A stretch of DNA of 58,897 nucleotides, from the IMG/VR virus record IMGVR_UViG_3300021376_000063, positions 1 to 58,897 of that record; one strand, 5' to 3'. Origin of the DNA: a virus (Duplodnaviria; Caudoviricetes). Below, one piece after another: positions 36,295-45,617 of the stretch (positions within the stretch are counted from its first letter, which is position 1; the number at the start of each line of letters is the position of its first letter). The position numbers and the translations under genes are program-made. The notes beneath the pieces are model-generated. The model did not search any database, was not told where the DNA came from, and worked only from the letters and a program-made list of their open reading frames with translations.

Positions 36295-39198
36295 TTATAC
36301 TAAGTCTGGGTATAAGAAATCAGCAAATGTATATGCTGTTGTTGGTCCTGCTGGGACTGAAGCTCCGAAAGGAGTAACTGCCGTAGCATTTGGTGTTCTT
36401 TCTGGTGCAGAAACAACAAAAGTATTTGCTCCTCCACCAGACGCACCACTATTTACCACAGTTGTTGTTTGAGGTTGCTGTGATCTTGCTCTAGTAGCAG
36501 TAGAAGATGATGGTCTTGATGTTGCTGCTGGCCTTTGTGGTGCTTGAGATGTTGATTGGCCACTAGAAGGTGATGAGGCAGCTGGAGAAGATGCTGGACT
36601 TGAAGGTTTAACAAGTGGTTTCAATCCAGAATTTCTGACATCAGCCCAAATACTATCAGTATCTTTACCAACTCCACCAATCAATCTACTTTTGGGAGTA
36701 TAATATTTAATACCCTGAGCATTGCTATCACCTATCAGCAATGCTCCTTTAAACATTCTACCAAGTCTTTGTCTATCTTTCTTGCTATTATGTCCATATT
36801 GATCTACTGGTTTTCCACTCATGTTTACAATAGGTGCTCCAGCCAATCTCGCTCCCTTCTCAACCCCCTGTCTTGGTTTTTTGAATTTACCTTCATTGAA
36901 TGGTGGTATAACAACTGGATTATAACCTCTATCTTTTACAAACTTAACAATTCTTTGTGTGTTTCTTTGCGGAATACTGGAGTCAACACCCCAATCATTA
37001 GTGCCTAGAGAAAGCACAGCAACGTTACCTCCCTTAGCATTAGACATTGGTTGTGCTGCGGGGGCACCAACTACAGTCCCACCTAAAGTAAAGTATTGTT
37101 TTGCTACCCCAGATCCATCGCTAGGTCCAGCACTAGGACCAGCATAATATTCAAAATGCACATGAGGTCCAGTCGAAGGGCCTGCTCCTGGAGTATTTGG
37201 ATCTCCACCAGAAAGACCAATCAATTGATTTGCCCCAACCTGTTGTCCTTCTTGGACATCTATTCTACTGAGGTGTGCATATCTAGTTTCAGTATTATCA
37301 TCGTGTATAATTCTAACGGATGACATTGTTTTAGCATCAATAACTGGTTCTACTTTAGCAACTTTGCCTGGTTTTAACACAGCAATTGGTGTGCCTTGTG
37401 GTGCATTATAATCTATTCCCAGGTGATTTGTTGACCCAACGCCACCAGGAGAAGGTCTACTACCAAACCCAGAAGTCATCGTGAATTGTCCTTCCCCTGG
37501 TGCAGACCCACCACTTACCGTAGCACCCGTTGGAGATGGACTTCCGCCATTACCTTTATCTTCTTCGTCTTCGCCAAATAAATTAAGACCAGAAAATAAA
37601 TCTTTTAAGAAGTTTCTGCTTTCTTTTTCAGTATCTGATTTTGTATACGATGCCTTTCCTAATGATGTGCTTGTCAATACATTTGTAAAACCAAATTGTC
37701 TAGAAAGTCTAGAAATATCCTGTGCTACTATTTGACCAGCAATTCCAGAATCAGTCTTGCCAAGCATTCTGCTAGTAATACCTAAGAAGGCAGCTGCAGC
37801 TCCTTTGAAAGGAATTGCCATGGCTTCTTCACTATCAGCTGATTTTTGTTTACCAAAAATATTTTTAGCAGGGTTACTATCGAGAGGTAACACCGCATCA
37901 CCAGGATTTAAAATTGTTTTAGTGGGATTATCTACTATACCACCTGATGCCATTGAAGAAACAGGAGATGGTGGCACTGCTGATGGGACTATGCCACCTT
38001 CAGAAAATCCAGTGAATGATGGAGTAGAAATGTCTAGCATCCCCCTCTCAAGTCCAGACATACCTGATGTTTGCTCTGGTGTTAAACCTGGAGTACTGAA
38101 TGCTTGTCCTAATTCTTTGTTGCCTAGTCCTGGAGCAAAAATATCTCTTCCTAGACTAGCTGCCAAGAATGCCCACCCGAATGGACCAGGCAATGCACTA
38201 CCAAGATTCAACGCACCACCAACAGCATCACCCTCACTAAAAGATTTTGCTGCTAATCCAATACCTAACGCAGTTTGTGCTCCTGGAAGTAATCTACCAA
38301 GTAATCCACCAGCACCCTTTGCTCCTGCTTTAGTGCCACCTTTTGCAGCATCATCTGCGAAAGGTAACATCTTTTTCCACCATGGTTGCTTTGCTGCTGG
38401 AGCAGGAGCTCCACCACTCGTAGTAACCCTAGGACCAGTGCCAGGCATCGTGCCAGGCATCCTAAATCTACTGAAAGGATTTCTACCTTTTCTCAAATCA
38501 TTAATGTCATCTAATACATCAATAATTTCCAAACTTTTCCACAACCAATCAAACATTCCACCGCCACCTTCTTCACCTCCACCATCACCAGAAGAATCTG
38601 ATTTACTAGAAGAAGATTTTTTCTTTTTAATTACATCTGCAACATCTTGCGTCTTATCAATATTTTTTTCAGTCCTAGCATACTTCGCATCTTCAATAGA
38701 TTTTCTTTTTAATTCTGTCTGTGTCGATAATGTCTCCTTAATTACTGTTAATGTATCTGATGCTCTAGAAGCAGAGGCTACATTTTCACTAGTTAAAGAA
38801 TTCAATGACGATAATTTCTGCACCATCATAGTGGTGTCTTGCATGATAGCAGAAAACCCACCTGCAATAAAATTCTTTAATTTTTCTGGCGTTGATTTTG
38901 CTTGAGATTCTGCTGCTGCGGCGGATGCGATTGGAGAATCAGTTTTCTTTTGATTCCACGAGAATTGTTTGGACCAATTACTTTTTGCTTTTTTAGATTT
39001 GACTGGGTTAAATTGATTTTTTAGAGATGATTTGAATAGAGATCCTTTCTCTACCTGCACACCTTCTTTATCAGCCTTTTCTCTCTCTTCTTTTGCTTGC
39101 TCTGCGGCATCACGAATCTTAGTTCCTATCGACTTAGCAATGCTAAGCATCGATGGTCCTTCTCCTGCTTGTGTTGGAGTGTAAGTTCCTGCTGCCAT
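36295..39198 (-). CDS. Tape-measure-like virion protein with M23 peptidase and permuted SGNH-like domain
   Basis: HLGID, YAHL and STGPHVHFE (M23 zinc motifs); Gly/Ala-rich membrane-like segments; GTND..DQYGH..GDS. Confidence 0.75.
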   Translation of the reverse strand: MAAGTYTPTQAGEGPSMLSIAKSIGTKIRDAAEQAKEEREKADKEGVQVEKGSLFKSSLKNQFNPVKSKKAKSNWSKQFSWNQKKTDSPIASAAAAESQAKSTPEKLKNFIAGGFSAIMQDTTMMVQKLSSLNSLTSENVASASRASDTLTVIKETLSTQTELKRKSIEDAKYARTEKNIDKTQDVADVIKKKKSSSSKSDSSGDGGGEEGGGGMFDWLWKSLEIIDVLDDINDLRKGRNPFSRFRMPGTMPGTGPRVTTSGGAPAPAAKQPWWKKMLPFADDAAKGGTKAGAKGAGGLLGRLLPGAQTALGIGLAAKSFSEGDAVGGALNLGSALPGPFGWAFLAASLGRDIFAPGLGNKELGQAFSTPGLTPEQTSGMSGLERGMLDISTPSFTGFSEGGIVPSAVPPSPVSSMASGGIVDNPTKTILNPGDAVLPLDSNPAKNIFGKQKSADSEEAMAIPFKGAAAAFLGITSRMLGKTDSGIAGQIVAQDISRLSRQFGFTNVLTSTSLGKASYTKSDTEKESRNFLKDLFSGLNLFGEDEEDKGNGGSPSPTGATVSGGSAPGEGQFTMTSGFGSRPSPGGVGSTNHLGIDYNAPQGTPIAVLKPGKVAKVEPVIDAKTMSSVRIIHDDNTETRYAHLSRIDVQEGQQVGANQLIGLSGGDPNTPGAGPSTGPHVHFEYYAGPSAGPSDGSGVAKQYFTLGGTVVGAPAAQPMSNAKGGNVAVLSLGTNDWGVDSSIPQRNTQRIVKFVKDRGYNPVVIPPFNEGKFKKPRQGVEKGARLAGAPIVNMSGKPVDQYGHNSKKDRQRLGRMFKGALLIGDSNAQGIKYYTPKSRLIGGVGKDTDSIWADVRNSGLKPLVKPSSPASSPAASSPSSGQSTSQAPQRPAATSRPSSSTATRARSQQPQTTTVVNSGASGGGANTFVVSAPERTPNATAVTPFGASVPAGPTTAYTFADFLYPDLV

Positions 39199-39222
39199 TT
39201 GTTATTCCTGCACGAAAAATAT

Positions 39223-42200
39223 TTATGAGTGACGACGTAACTTTTCTAACTGTATTGCTTTCGATGCATCTCCCTGAGAATTTCTTGGCATAACAGTCGC
39301 TGGAGCTGCTGGTGCTGCCAAAGGAATTACTCTAGGTTTAGACTGCATTACAGTTACTACATTCACTGTAGATTGAGAAGGTGCTGGAGCTCTCATTGTT
39401 TGAAATTGCTGCATCATCTTTTGTTTCACATCTGGTGATATATCAGGGTTATTATACCATGCATTTGGACCACTTATTTGGTCATAAGTTGCAGTAGATT
39501 CTGGGAACAACATATCACCTATCAATGGCAAGTCTGCAATTCTTACTACCTTACCAAAAACTTTTAACATTTTTAAATTGGACCCAGAAATAGAGAGGTC
39601 TGGAGAAACATACCCTCTCGTCATTTGTTGCTTCAGTTTATTTGCCAAAGGACTATTGGAATACTGTCCCGACATTATCTTATTTGCTAATACTCTACCC
39701 TTATCAAACACTTCTCCTCTTACTTTAGATTGTGGCTCAAGAAAATTTAAGCGCCATGCGTTAGCAGGCACAATAGTTTTAATAATACCACCAGCTGCTT
39801 GTTTACCACCGAATGAACCTGAAGTTCCAGCGTATCTCTTAGCAGTATTGATATGTGGTGCAGAATAAGCACCACGCCCAAGTATCATTGCTTTTTTAGA
39901 TTCTATAAATTTTGCTCCAGCATTTATGGCATCAAAACCCGCTTTGCCCATTCCAGTAAATCCAGCAGTTGCTCTCGTACCTCTACCCAATCCTTTTGCT
40001 TTGAATGGATTATATTTTTTGACTAAACTAGTAGCAAATTTTTTCAAACCACTCAAGACATTCAATCCACCAGCAGCTTGCAATCCTATTTCTTTATCTA
40101 ACTGTTGGTTTCTTCTAGAAGTTTGCTGAGGATTTTTAGACTGACTATACTCAGGTGTTTCTATTGGTCTAATAGCAATTCCCTTCTCATATATTTTCAC
40201 TCTTTCTGTGCCATGCACTTCAATATTTTTATTGCTAGGTAATGGAAGTGGATATCCTTTCATTGGCCCCTCAACAATAAAAGAACCTAAAAGTTTTCCA
40301 AATTTTCCTTGTCCTATATTACCACCAGCAGCAAATGATGGCACTGGTGCTGCTGTCTGTAAGTTTCTTGGCAACTCATTGAAGAAATAGTTTCCGCCTG
40401 TAGGTCTTTCAACTCCATCAGTAACACCAGCTGGTTGATCTGCTCTGAAGTCTGTGCGAGGTCCAACAAACTGAGCAGCATTTTGTTGTAAAGATGGGTC
40501 AGATATTGCTCGGGCAGCATCCTCTGCCTTTTTCTTTGCTTGCTCTAAAGTAACTGTCTGCCCTCTCCCTTCATAGTAATATTGTATGGCAGCTGCAGCA
40601 CTATCAGCATCAGTGATACTTTTCCAGACATCAGCGACTTTAGATCCTCCGCCACCTGTTGCAGTTGGATTAGTAAATGCTACTTGATACTGTCCATCTC
40701 CAGTTAAAATTTCGTGGATAGTAGACCCCCACCCACCATTCGCTAATCTATTATAGACAGATTGTGCAACATCAGCTTGTCCTTGAGCAGTACTATCTTC
40801 AAGTGCAGCAACTGCTGCCAATGTCCAGAAATCATTGCCGCTTCCTGGAGGACCAGGAGGTTTCTGCTTCGCTTTCTTACCTTTTTTACCCTTCCCAAAT
40901 ATACCAAGACCATCAAATATACCACCCAGCATTGATATTGCACTTCTTCTATCTGGCAAAGCACCAAAGAGAGCAGAGTTAATAACATTCTTATCAATGC
41001 CAAATGATTTAGAGAAAGGAGAAACCATTGGTTTAAATATGGGAGCAAATACACCGCCAAGTGGTCCCATTCCTCTCAGAAAAGTCCCCATGTTTGCTAA
41101 CATGATTGCGCCAGAAGTTCTAATTGGTAGCTCCATTACCTCAGTAAATGGTTGAGCAAGACCCATAACTTCTCCACCCTTTATACCACCATACCCAACA
41201 GCAGAAGAAATATTACTCACATCACCACCACCAACAACACCACCAGCAGCCATTTTCTTGGGAGTTTTATTTCTCAAAATAATTTCTGGTCCTGCTTCAC
41301 CAACTAAAGCTGGAACACTAGTGTTTGGTATTATTCCACCAGAAGCAAATGATTTTCTCCTACCAAATATTTTTGGTATGTTAAATCTACTTTTTCTTTT
41401 TGGCGCATCACCAGTAATATTAGTTCTTCTTCCACCTCTTTGATTCTTTTGTGTGGCATTTATATTTCTTCCTTTTCTTCTGTCTGCTAAATCAGCAATG
41501 TCATCTATTCCATCTATAACATCAAAAATGGTATCAAGAAGTCCACCACCAGATTTTTCATTACCGATAGAAATATCTGCGTCTACATTTATATCAGGAG
41601 ACTTAGATTTTACTGCTTCATCTGCTATGTTATTAACTTCTATGTCAGTAAGACCTAATAACTGCTGACTTATTTGCTCAGATATATCTGCATACCTAGT
41701 TGTTTCTGAAACTAATTTTTGCGTTAAAGTAATTTGAGTATTTAAAGATTGATTAATTTTCTCTAAAGACCTTCCTACTTGTCTAAATCCAGACCCAATA
41801 TCTTTTATACTATCCTTACTCTTTTGCTTTGCCTTCGGATCATCTTCACCGTAATCAAATTGCGATGAAAATGTAGATAACTGACTAGTTTTTTTAAATG
41901 GTTTACTTTCTAAAAATGCACCGAAAGTTTTATCGTATGCTTCACCACCAAAATGATAACCAATTGCTTTCTTTAAAAAGTAACCTTTTTCTCTTTGCTC
42001 TGCTGGTATGTCAGCACCATTTGCGGCTGCTTCATCCGACCTTTTCTTCTCTTCTTTAGCGTCTTCAAAAGATTTTTTTATCTTCCCAGAAATCCATCTA
42101 GCAAATGAGAGCATTGATGGTCCTTCTCCAGCTGCTGTCGGAGTGTATGTGCCCCCTGTAGAACCACCAGAACCACCAGAAGCTGTGCCACCAGCACCAC

Positions 42201-42900
42201 CTATAGAAGATGCAATAGATTTGAGTCCACCACCAACCGTTTTACCGAATGATGGTTTTGTTTTTCTATTTGTCTTTGGTGCTTGTTTATTTTGTGTTGA
42301 TTTTTTCTTGGTTTTTTTAATTACTCCAGTAGGTCTTTTTAATTTTCTTCTCTTTGGTTTCTTTTTTGATTTTGGAGTATTATAACTTCCTTCCCAGGGA
42401 TCAGGAATCTTATTTTCTGTAGGACGAGGATTCATATCCTCCTTAATTGCTTCTAATACTTCTACCTTATCTTCAATGACAGCAGCAACTTCTTCTTTTG
42501 TTTCTGCTTCCTTAACTTCTTTTCTTGTTTCGTCTAATTCTTTTAGTCTAGACTGTATAGCAGCTTCTTCAATTTTCTTATCTACTTCTTCGCGGAAAGG
42601 TTTCTCAAGAAACTCTTCTACCAACCACTTTTGGTATGGTTCAGCATTATATGCACCACCAGACTTATCCTTCTGATTTAGTTGAGGATACTTACCCCAT
42701 TTTTTAAGGTTTTCAATTAACCTATCAGCATCAGCATCACCAAGTTTTACATAGGATGTGAAGTTTTCGCTCAACCCCTCTACTCGTCTACCAGTTAGAT
42801 TACCTTTGAGACGCAACCAAGTTGCCTCGCCAACCCTATCAGCAGACCAATAAGGTTTTTTGGGATCTAGTATTCCTTCTGGCGGTTGTGCGGGATTCAT
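39223..42900 (-). CDS. Tape-measure-like virion protein with SleB/Hydrolase_2 cell-wall hydrolase and ART-like domain
   Basis: LAAVAALE..GQADVAQSVYNRL..TIHEIL..GQYQ (Hydrolase_2); FASGG..ALVGEAGPE tape-measure motif; coiled coils. Confidence 0.7.
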   Translation of the reverse strand: MNPAQPPEGILDPKKPYWSADRVGEATWLRLKGNLTGRRVEGLSENFTSYVKLGDADADRLIENLKKWGKYPQLNQKDKSGGAYNAEPYQKWLVEEFLEKPFREEVDKKIEEAAIQSRLKELDETRKEVKEAETKEEVAAVIEDKVEVLEAIKEDMNPRPTENKIPDPWEGSYNTPKSKKKPKRRKLKRPTGVIKKTKKKSTQNKQAPKTNRKTKPSFGKTVGGGLKSIASSIGGAGGTASGGSGGSTGGTYTPTAAGEGPSMLSFARWISGKIKKSFEDAKEEKKRSDEAAANGADIPAEQREKGYFLKKAIGYHFGGEAYDKTFGAFLESKPFKKTSQLSTFSSQFDYGEDDPKAKQKSKDSIKDIGSGFRQVGRSLEKINQSLNTQITLTQKLVSETTRYADISEQISQQLLGLTDIEVNNIADEAVKSKSPDINVDADISIGNEKSGGGLLDTIFDVIDGIDDIADLADRRKGRNINATQKNQRGGRRTNITGDAPKRKSRFNIPKIFGRRKSFASGGIIPNTSVPALVGEAGPEIILRNKTPKKMAAGGVVGGGDVSNISSAVGYGGIKGGEVMGLAQPFTEVMELPIRTSGAIMLANMGTFLRGMGPLGGVFAPIFKPMVSPFSKSFGIDKNVINSALFGALPDRRSAISMLGGIFDGLGIFGKGKKGKKAKQKPPGPPGSGNDFWTLAAVAALEDSTAQGQADVAQSVYNRLANGGWGSTIHEILTGDGQYQVAFTNPTATGGGGSKVADVWKSITDADSAAAAIQYYYEGRGQTVTLEQAKKKAEDAARAISDPSLQQNAAQFVGPRTDFRADQPAGVTDGVERPTGGNYFFNELPRNLQTAAPVPSFAAGGNIGQGKFGKLLGSFIVEGPMKGYPLPLPSNKNIEVHGTERVKIYEKGIAIRPIETPEYSQSKNPQQTSRRNQQLDKEIGLQAAGGLNVLSGLKKFATSLVKKYNPFKAKGLGRGTRATAGFTGMGKAGFDAINAGAKFIESKKAMILGRGAYSAPHINTAKRYAGTSGSFGGKQAAGGIIKTIVPANAWRLNFLEPQSKVRGEVFDKGRVLANKIMSGQYSNSPLANKLKQQMTRGYVSPDLSISGSNLKMLKVFGKVVRIADLPLIGDMLFPESTATYDQISGPNAWYNNPDISPDVKQKMMQQFQTMRAPAPSQSTVNVVTVMQSKPRVIPLAAPAAPATVMPRNSQGDASKAIQLEKLRRHS

Positions 42901-43058
42901 TTAAACTGTTTCTGTTTTTGTCTATCTTCTTCTTCTTTAAGATGATTTATCAACATAGTAACATATACCTCTCTTTCCCACGGTAACATCTCTTCCAATT
43001 CAGTAAGAGAAAACTTATGAAAATACATCAGATTAAAATTAGTCTGATAAAAATTCAC
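42897..43058 (-). CDS. gp51: Baseplate hub assembly protein gp51 (not in ORF track)
   Basis: Hand-translated VNFYQTNFNLMYFHKFSLTELEEMLPWEREVYVTML..FK*; frame open from 43091; start ambiguous (GTG 43058 or frameshift). Confidence 0.8.
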   Translation of the reverse strand: MNFYQTNFNLMYFHKFSLTELEEMLPWEREVYVTMLINHLKEEEDRQKQKQFK

Positions 43059-43078
43059 AAGTGTTTCATGGAAGAGAC

Positions 43079-43795
43079 TTATCCGAAAAAATTAGTAAGT
43101 CCTTCAATAGTATATTCAGAATCCACTCCAGTTTCTTTATTATTTAAAGTAAAAGAGTGTGATACTTTAGGCATAGTAGCAAAAAACTTTTGAATTTCTT
43201 CAAATTGTTTACTTGTCAAACCTTCTAAGTATTCTTTAATCTCTTTCTTTGGTGTAGTTTTTGCTTCCCATACTTCATCCCCATCATAAATTTGCTCAAC
43301 GCAATTAATAACTTCATCAAATACTTCTTCCGTTGATTGTTCTTTTTGTAGAATTTGTGATGTAATAAATTGCTCCATGCTTGGATACTTCATAATTAAA
43401 CCACTGCTATCAGAAAGAGATATCTTTTTATCATGTCCTTCTGGTTTAATACATTCAACTTCCTCAAGATTTAATGTATATGGAAGTTTAGTTTCTCCAT
43501 CATCTTTGGCAGTAAAAATCATTTCAACTAATTCACCGACAGATTTAGCACGAATGCGTAGAAAAACATATTCCAAATCAAACATTGGAAGATCTTCTAC
43601 TTTTACTCCGCGTGTAAGAATACATGATTTTAGAATTTCAATGATAGCATCTCTCATTTGCTTATCATCACCAGACTCAGTAGCAATCAGAAGAAGTTTT
43701 TCTTCTTTCACTAAGAATGGTCTATATTTAATTGTCTTACCTGTTGAAGGTAATTCCAATTCATAAGTTGGGACTGTGGGTTTTGGTAATGCCAT
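43079..43795 (-). CDS. gp26: Baseplate hub assembly chaperone gp26
   Basis: MALPK..PTYELELPSTGK.IKYRPFLVKEEK.LL..FDLEY.FLRIRAKSVGE..IEGL.NFFG. Confidence 0.9.
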   Translation of the reverse strand: MALPKPTVPTYELELPSTGKTIKYRPFLVKEEKLLLIATESGDDKQMRDAIIEILKSCILTRGVKVEDLPMFDLEYVFLRIRAKSVGELVEMIFTAKDDGETKLPYTLNLEEVECIKPEGHDKKISLSDSSGLIMKYPSMEQFITSQILQKEQSTEEVFDEVINCVEQIYDGDEVWEAKTTPKKEIKEYLEGLTSKQFEEIQKFFATMPKVSHSFTLNNKETGVDSEYTIEGLTNFFG

Positions 43796-43801
43796 AATGT
43801 T

Positions 43802-44470
43802 TTATGATAATGTAATATTTTCTGGGTCAAATGACCATTTCCTGTAATAAAATGATGCTGTTACTTTCAAAAGAGTAGATGCACCATAAGAAAGAGGAGT
43901 GCTTTGAATAGAATATGGCCATGCATCATGTAATGTATATATTCCGCTAACTCTACCTAATGTTTTTGTTGAACTTCTTTCCGCTTTAGTAATTGTAATG
44001 CTTGGACACATGTATTCGTCTGGATATCTTACCTGTGTATTAGAGAGTCTACTAGCAAATCCAGTTCCTTCATCAAAAACATGACGACTTAACCACATGT
44101 TTATGAATTTTAAAGGCAACAAATTAGCATCACATGTCCACCCAAGAGTTATATCTGTAAAAGATTTTGTGTGTGCATAATTAACTTGACCACCGCCGAC
44201 GTAAGTGCCAGTTGTTTGACCAGTATTTGCTTGCATACCTGGAAGAGATGCTTCTTCACATAACAAAGTGAGCATAGCATATGCAGTATTATTACCAATT
44301 AGTTTACTAAATCCTATCTGATCCAGGTCCTTCAATAACAATTTATTTCTCTCTCCATCTAAATTAAATTGCACCGCATACAGATTTGACATTGCCATGC
44401 CACCTGTTTTGGCAATGCCTCCTAGAAAACTGCTAATACCTGCATCACCAGTGAATACCGTCTTTGCCAT
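43802..44470 (-). CDS. Tail tube initiator (gp54-like, tube-protein fold)
   Basis: GGMAMSNLY.V, LCEEASLPG, YPDEY, DAWPYSIQSTPLSYG..KVTASFYY. Confidence 0.7.
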   Translation of the reverse strand: MAKTVFTGDAGISSFLGGIAKTGGMAMSNLYAVQFNLDGERNKLLLKDLDQIGFSKLIGNNTAYAMLTLLCEEASLPGMQANTGQTTGTYVGGGQVNYAHTKSFTDITLGWTCDANLLPLKFINMWLSRHVFDEGTGFASRLSNTQVRYPDEYMCPSITITKAERSSTKTLGRVSGIYTLHDAWPYSIQSTPLSYGASTLLKVTASFYYRKWSFDPENITLS

Positions 44471-44503
44471 CTAAATAGATATGCGGAAACTATATTATTA
44501 TTT

Positions 44504-44938
44504 ATGGCATACTCTGGAAAGTATAGACCTGAAAATCCACAGAAGTACAAAGGGAATCCGACAAACATAATCTATCGGTCTCTTTGGGAAAGAAAGTTTA
44601 TGATATTCTGTGATAAAAATCCCAGCGTATTGCAATGGGGCAGTGAAGAATGTGTGATACCGTATCGCTCACCTATTGATGGTAGAGTACATCGTTACTA
44701 CGTTGATTTCTATATCAAAATACAAACAAAGACTGGTGAAATAAAGAAATATCTTATTGAAATTAAACCAAAAAAACAAACAATACCCCCTGACCCACAG
44801 AAAAAACAAACAAAAATTTATAAAGATAAGGTATTATCTTACTATAAAAATATGGCGAAGTGGGAAGCAGCTAAAGAATGGTGTGAAGATAGACGCATGG
44901 AGTTTCTAATACTGACAGAAGATCACCTAGGAGTCTAA
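44504..44938 (+). CDS. gp4: Head completion nuclease gp4
   Basis: YSGKYRP.NP.KYKG.PTNIIYRSLWERKFM..HRYYVDF..IEIKP..AKWEAA. Confidence 0.92.
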   Translation: MAYSGKYRPENPQKYKGNPTNIIYRSLWERKFMIFCDKNPSVLQWGSEECVIPYRSPIDGRVHRYYVDFYIKIQTKTGEIKKYLIEIKPKKQTIPPDPQKKQTKIYKDKVLSYYKNMAKWEAAKEWCEDRRMEFLILTEDHLGV

Positions 44939-44939
44939 C

Positions 44940-45617
44940 ATGGCAAAAGGATTCGGCAAAGATAGTAAGTCTGGTGGCAAAAACTACGAGACTATCTTTG
45001 AGCGTGTCCAGAAACTTACCGATGGTGAAGATAAAACATGGTCATGGTATCGTCAAACTGTTAAAAAAATGGCTTTAGAATATAAATCTAAACCAGAAAA
45101 AACGGTAAAAGAAGAAAGAAGAGATAGGATACAAGATGAAGACAAGCAAGACAAAAATGAAATAAGAAGATATGCTAAACAAGGAAGACTATTCTTGTTT
45201 GAATACAAAGCAAAGATGAAGTATCTACCATACTACGATCAGTTTCCTTTAGCATATGTGATACGTGCCAATAGAGATCATTTCATTGCTGCCAATTTAC
45301 ATTATGTACATCCAAATAAAAGATTAAAAATTATACAAGATTTAATGGATGATAAAGTTAACGTGCCTACGTGTATTATCCATAAATATATAACAGACCA
45401 CATTGATGGATTTCTTTTGGACTTAGCATCTGCTGAGTGGGAAACATCTATTGCCCTGCCTGTAGAAAGTTTTGTTAGAGATAAAAATGGTCAAAAATTT
45501 CCATATAAATCTGCTGATGTGTGGAAAGAAACTAATGAAAAATTCTATACTAGATTCAAAGCAAAGAGAATCATAAAAGGTTATGGCAAACCAGAAGACA
45601 TCGAGGATGTAGAATAA
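44940..45617 (+). CDS. gp2: DNA end protector gp2
   Basis: F.YKAK..LPYYDQFPL..NLHY..HKY..EW..LPVE.F. Confidence 0.8.
   Translation: MAKGFGKDSKSGGKNYETIFERVQKLTDGEDKTWSWYRQTVKKMALEYKSKPEKTVKEERRDRIQDEDKQDKNEIRRYAKQGRLFLFEYKAKMKYLPYYDQFPLAYVIRANRDHFIAANLHYVHPNKRLKIIQDLMDDKVNVPTCIIHKYITDHIDGFLLDLASAEWETSIALPVESFVRDKNGQKFPYKSADVWKETNEKFYTRFKAKRIIKGYGKPEDIEDVE

Noticed and set aside
37757-38905. 382-aa plus-strand ORF
   Set aside because: Antisense shadow of the Gly/Ala-rich tape-measure-like gene; Pro/Ala/Ser-rich, no motifs, no expression signals
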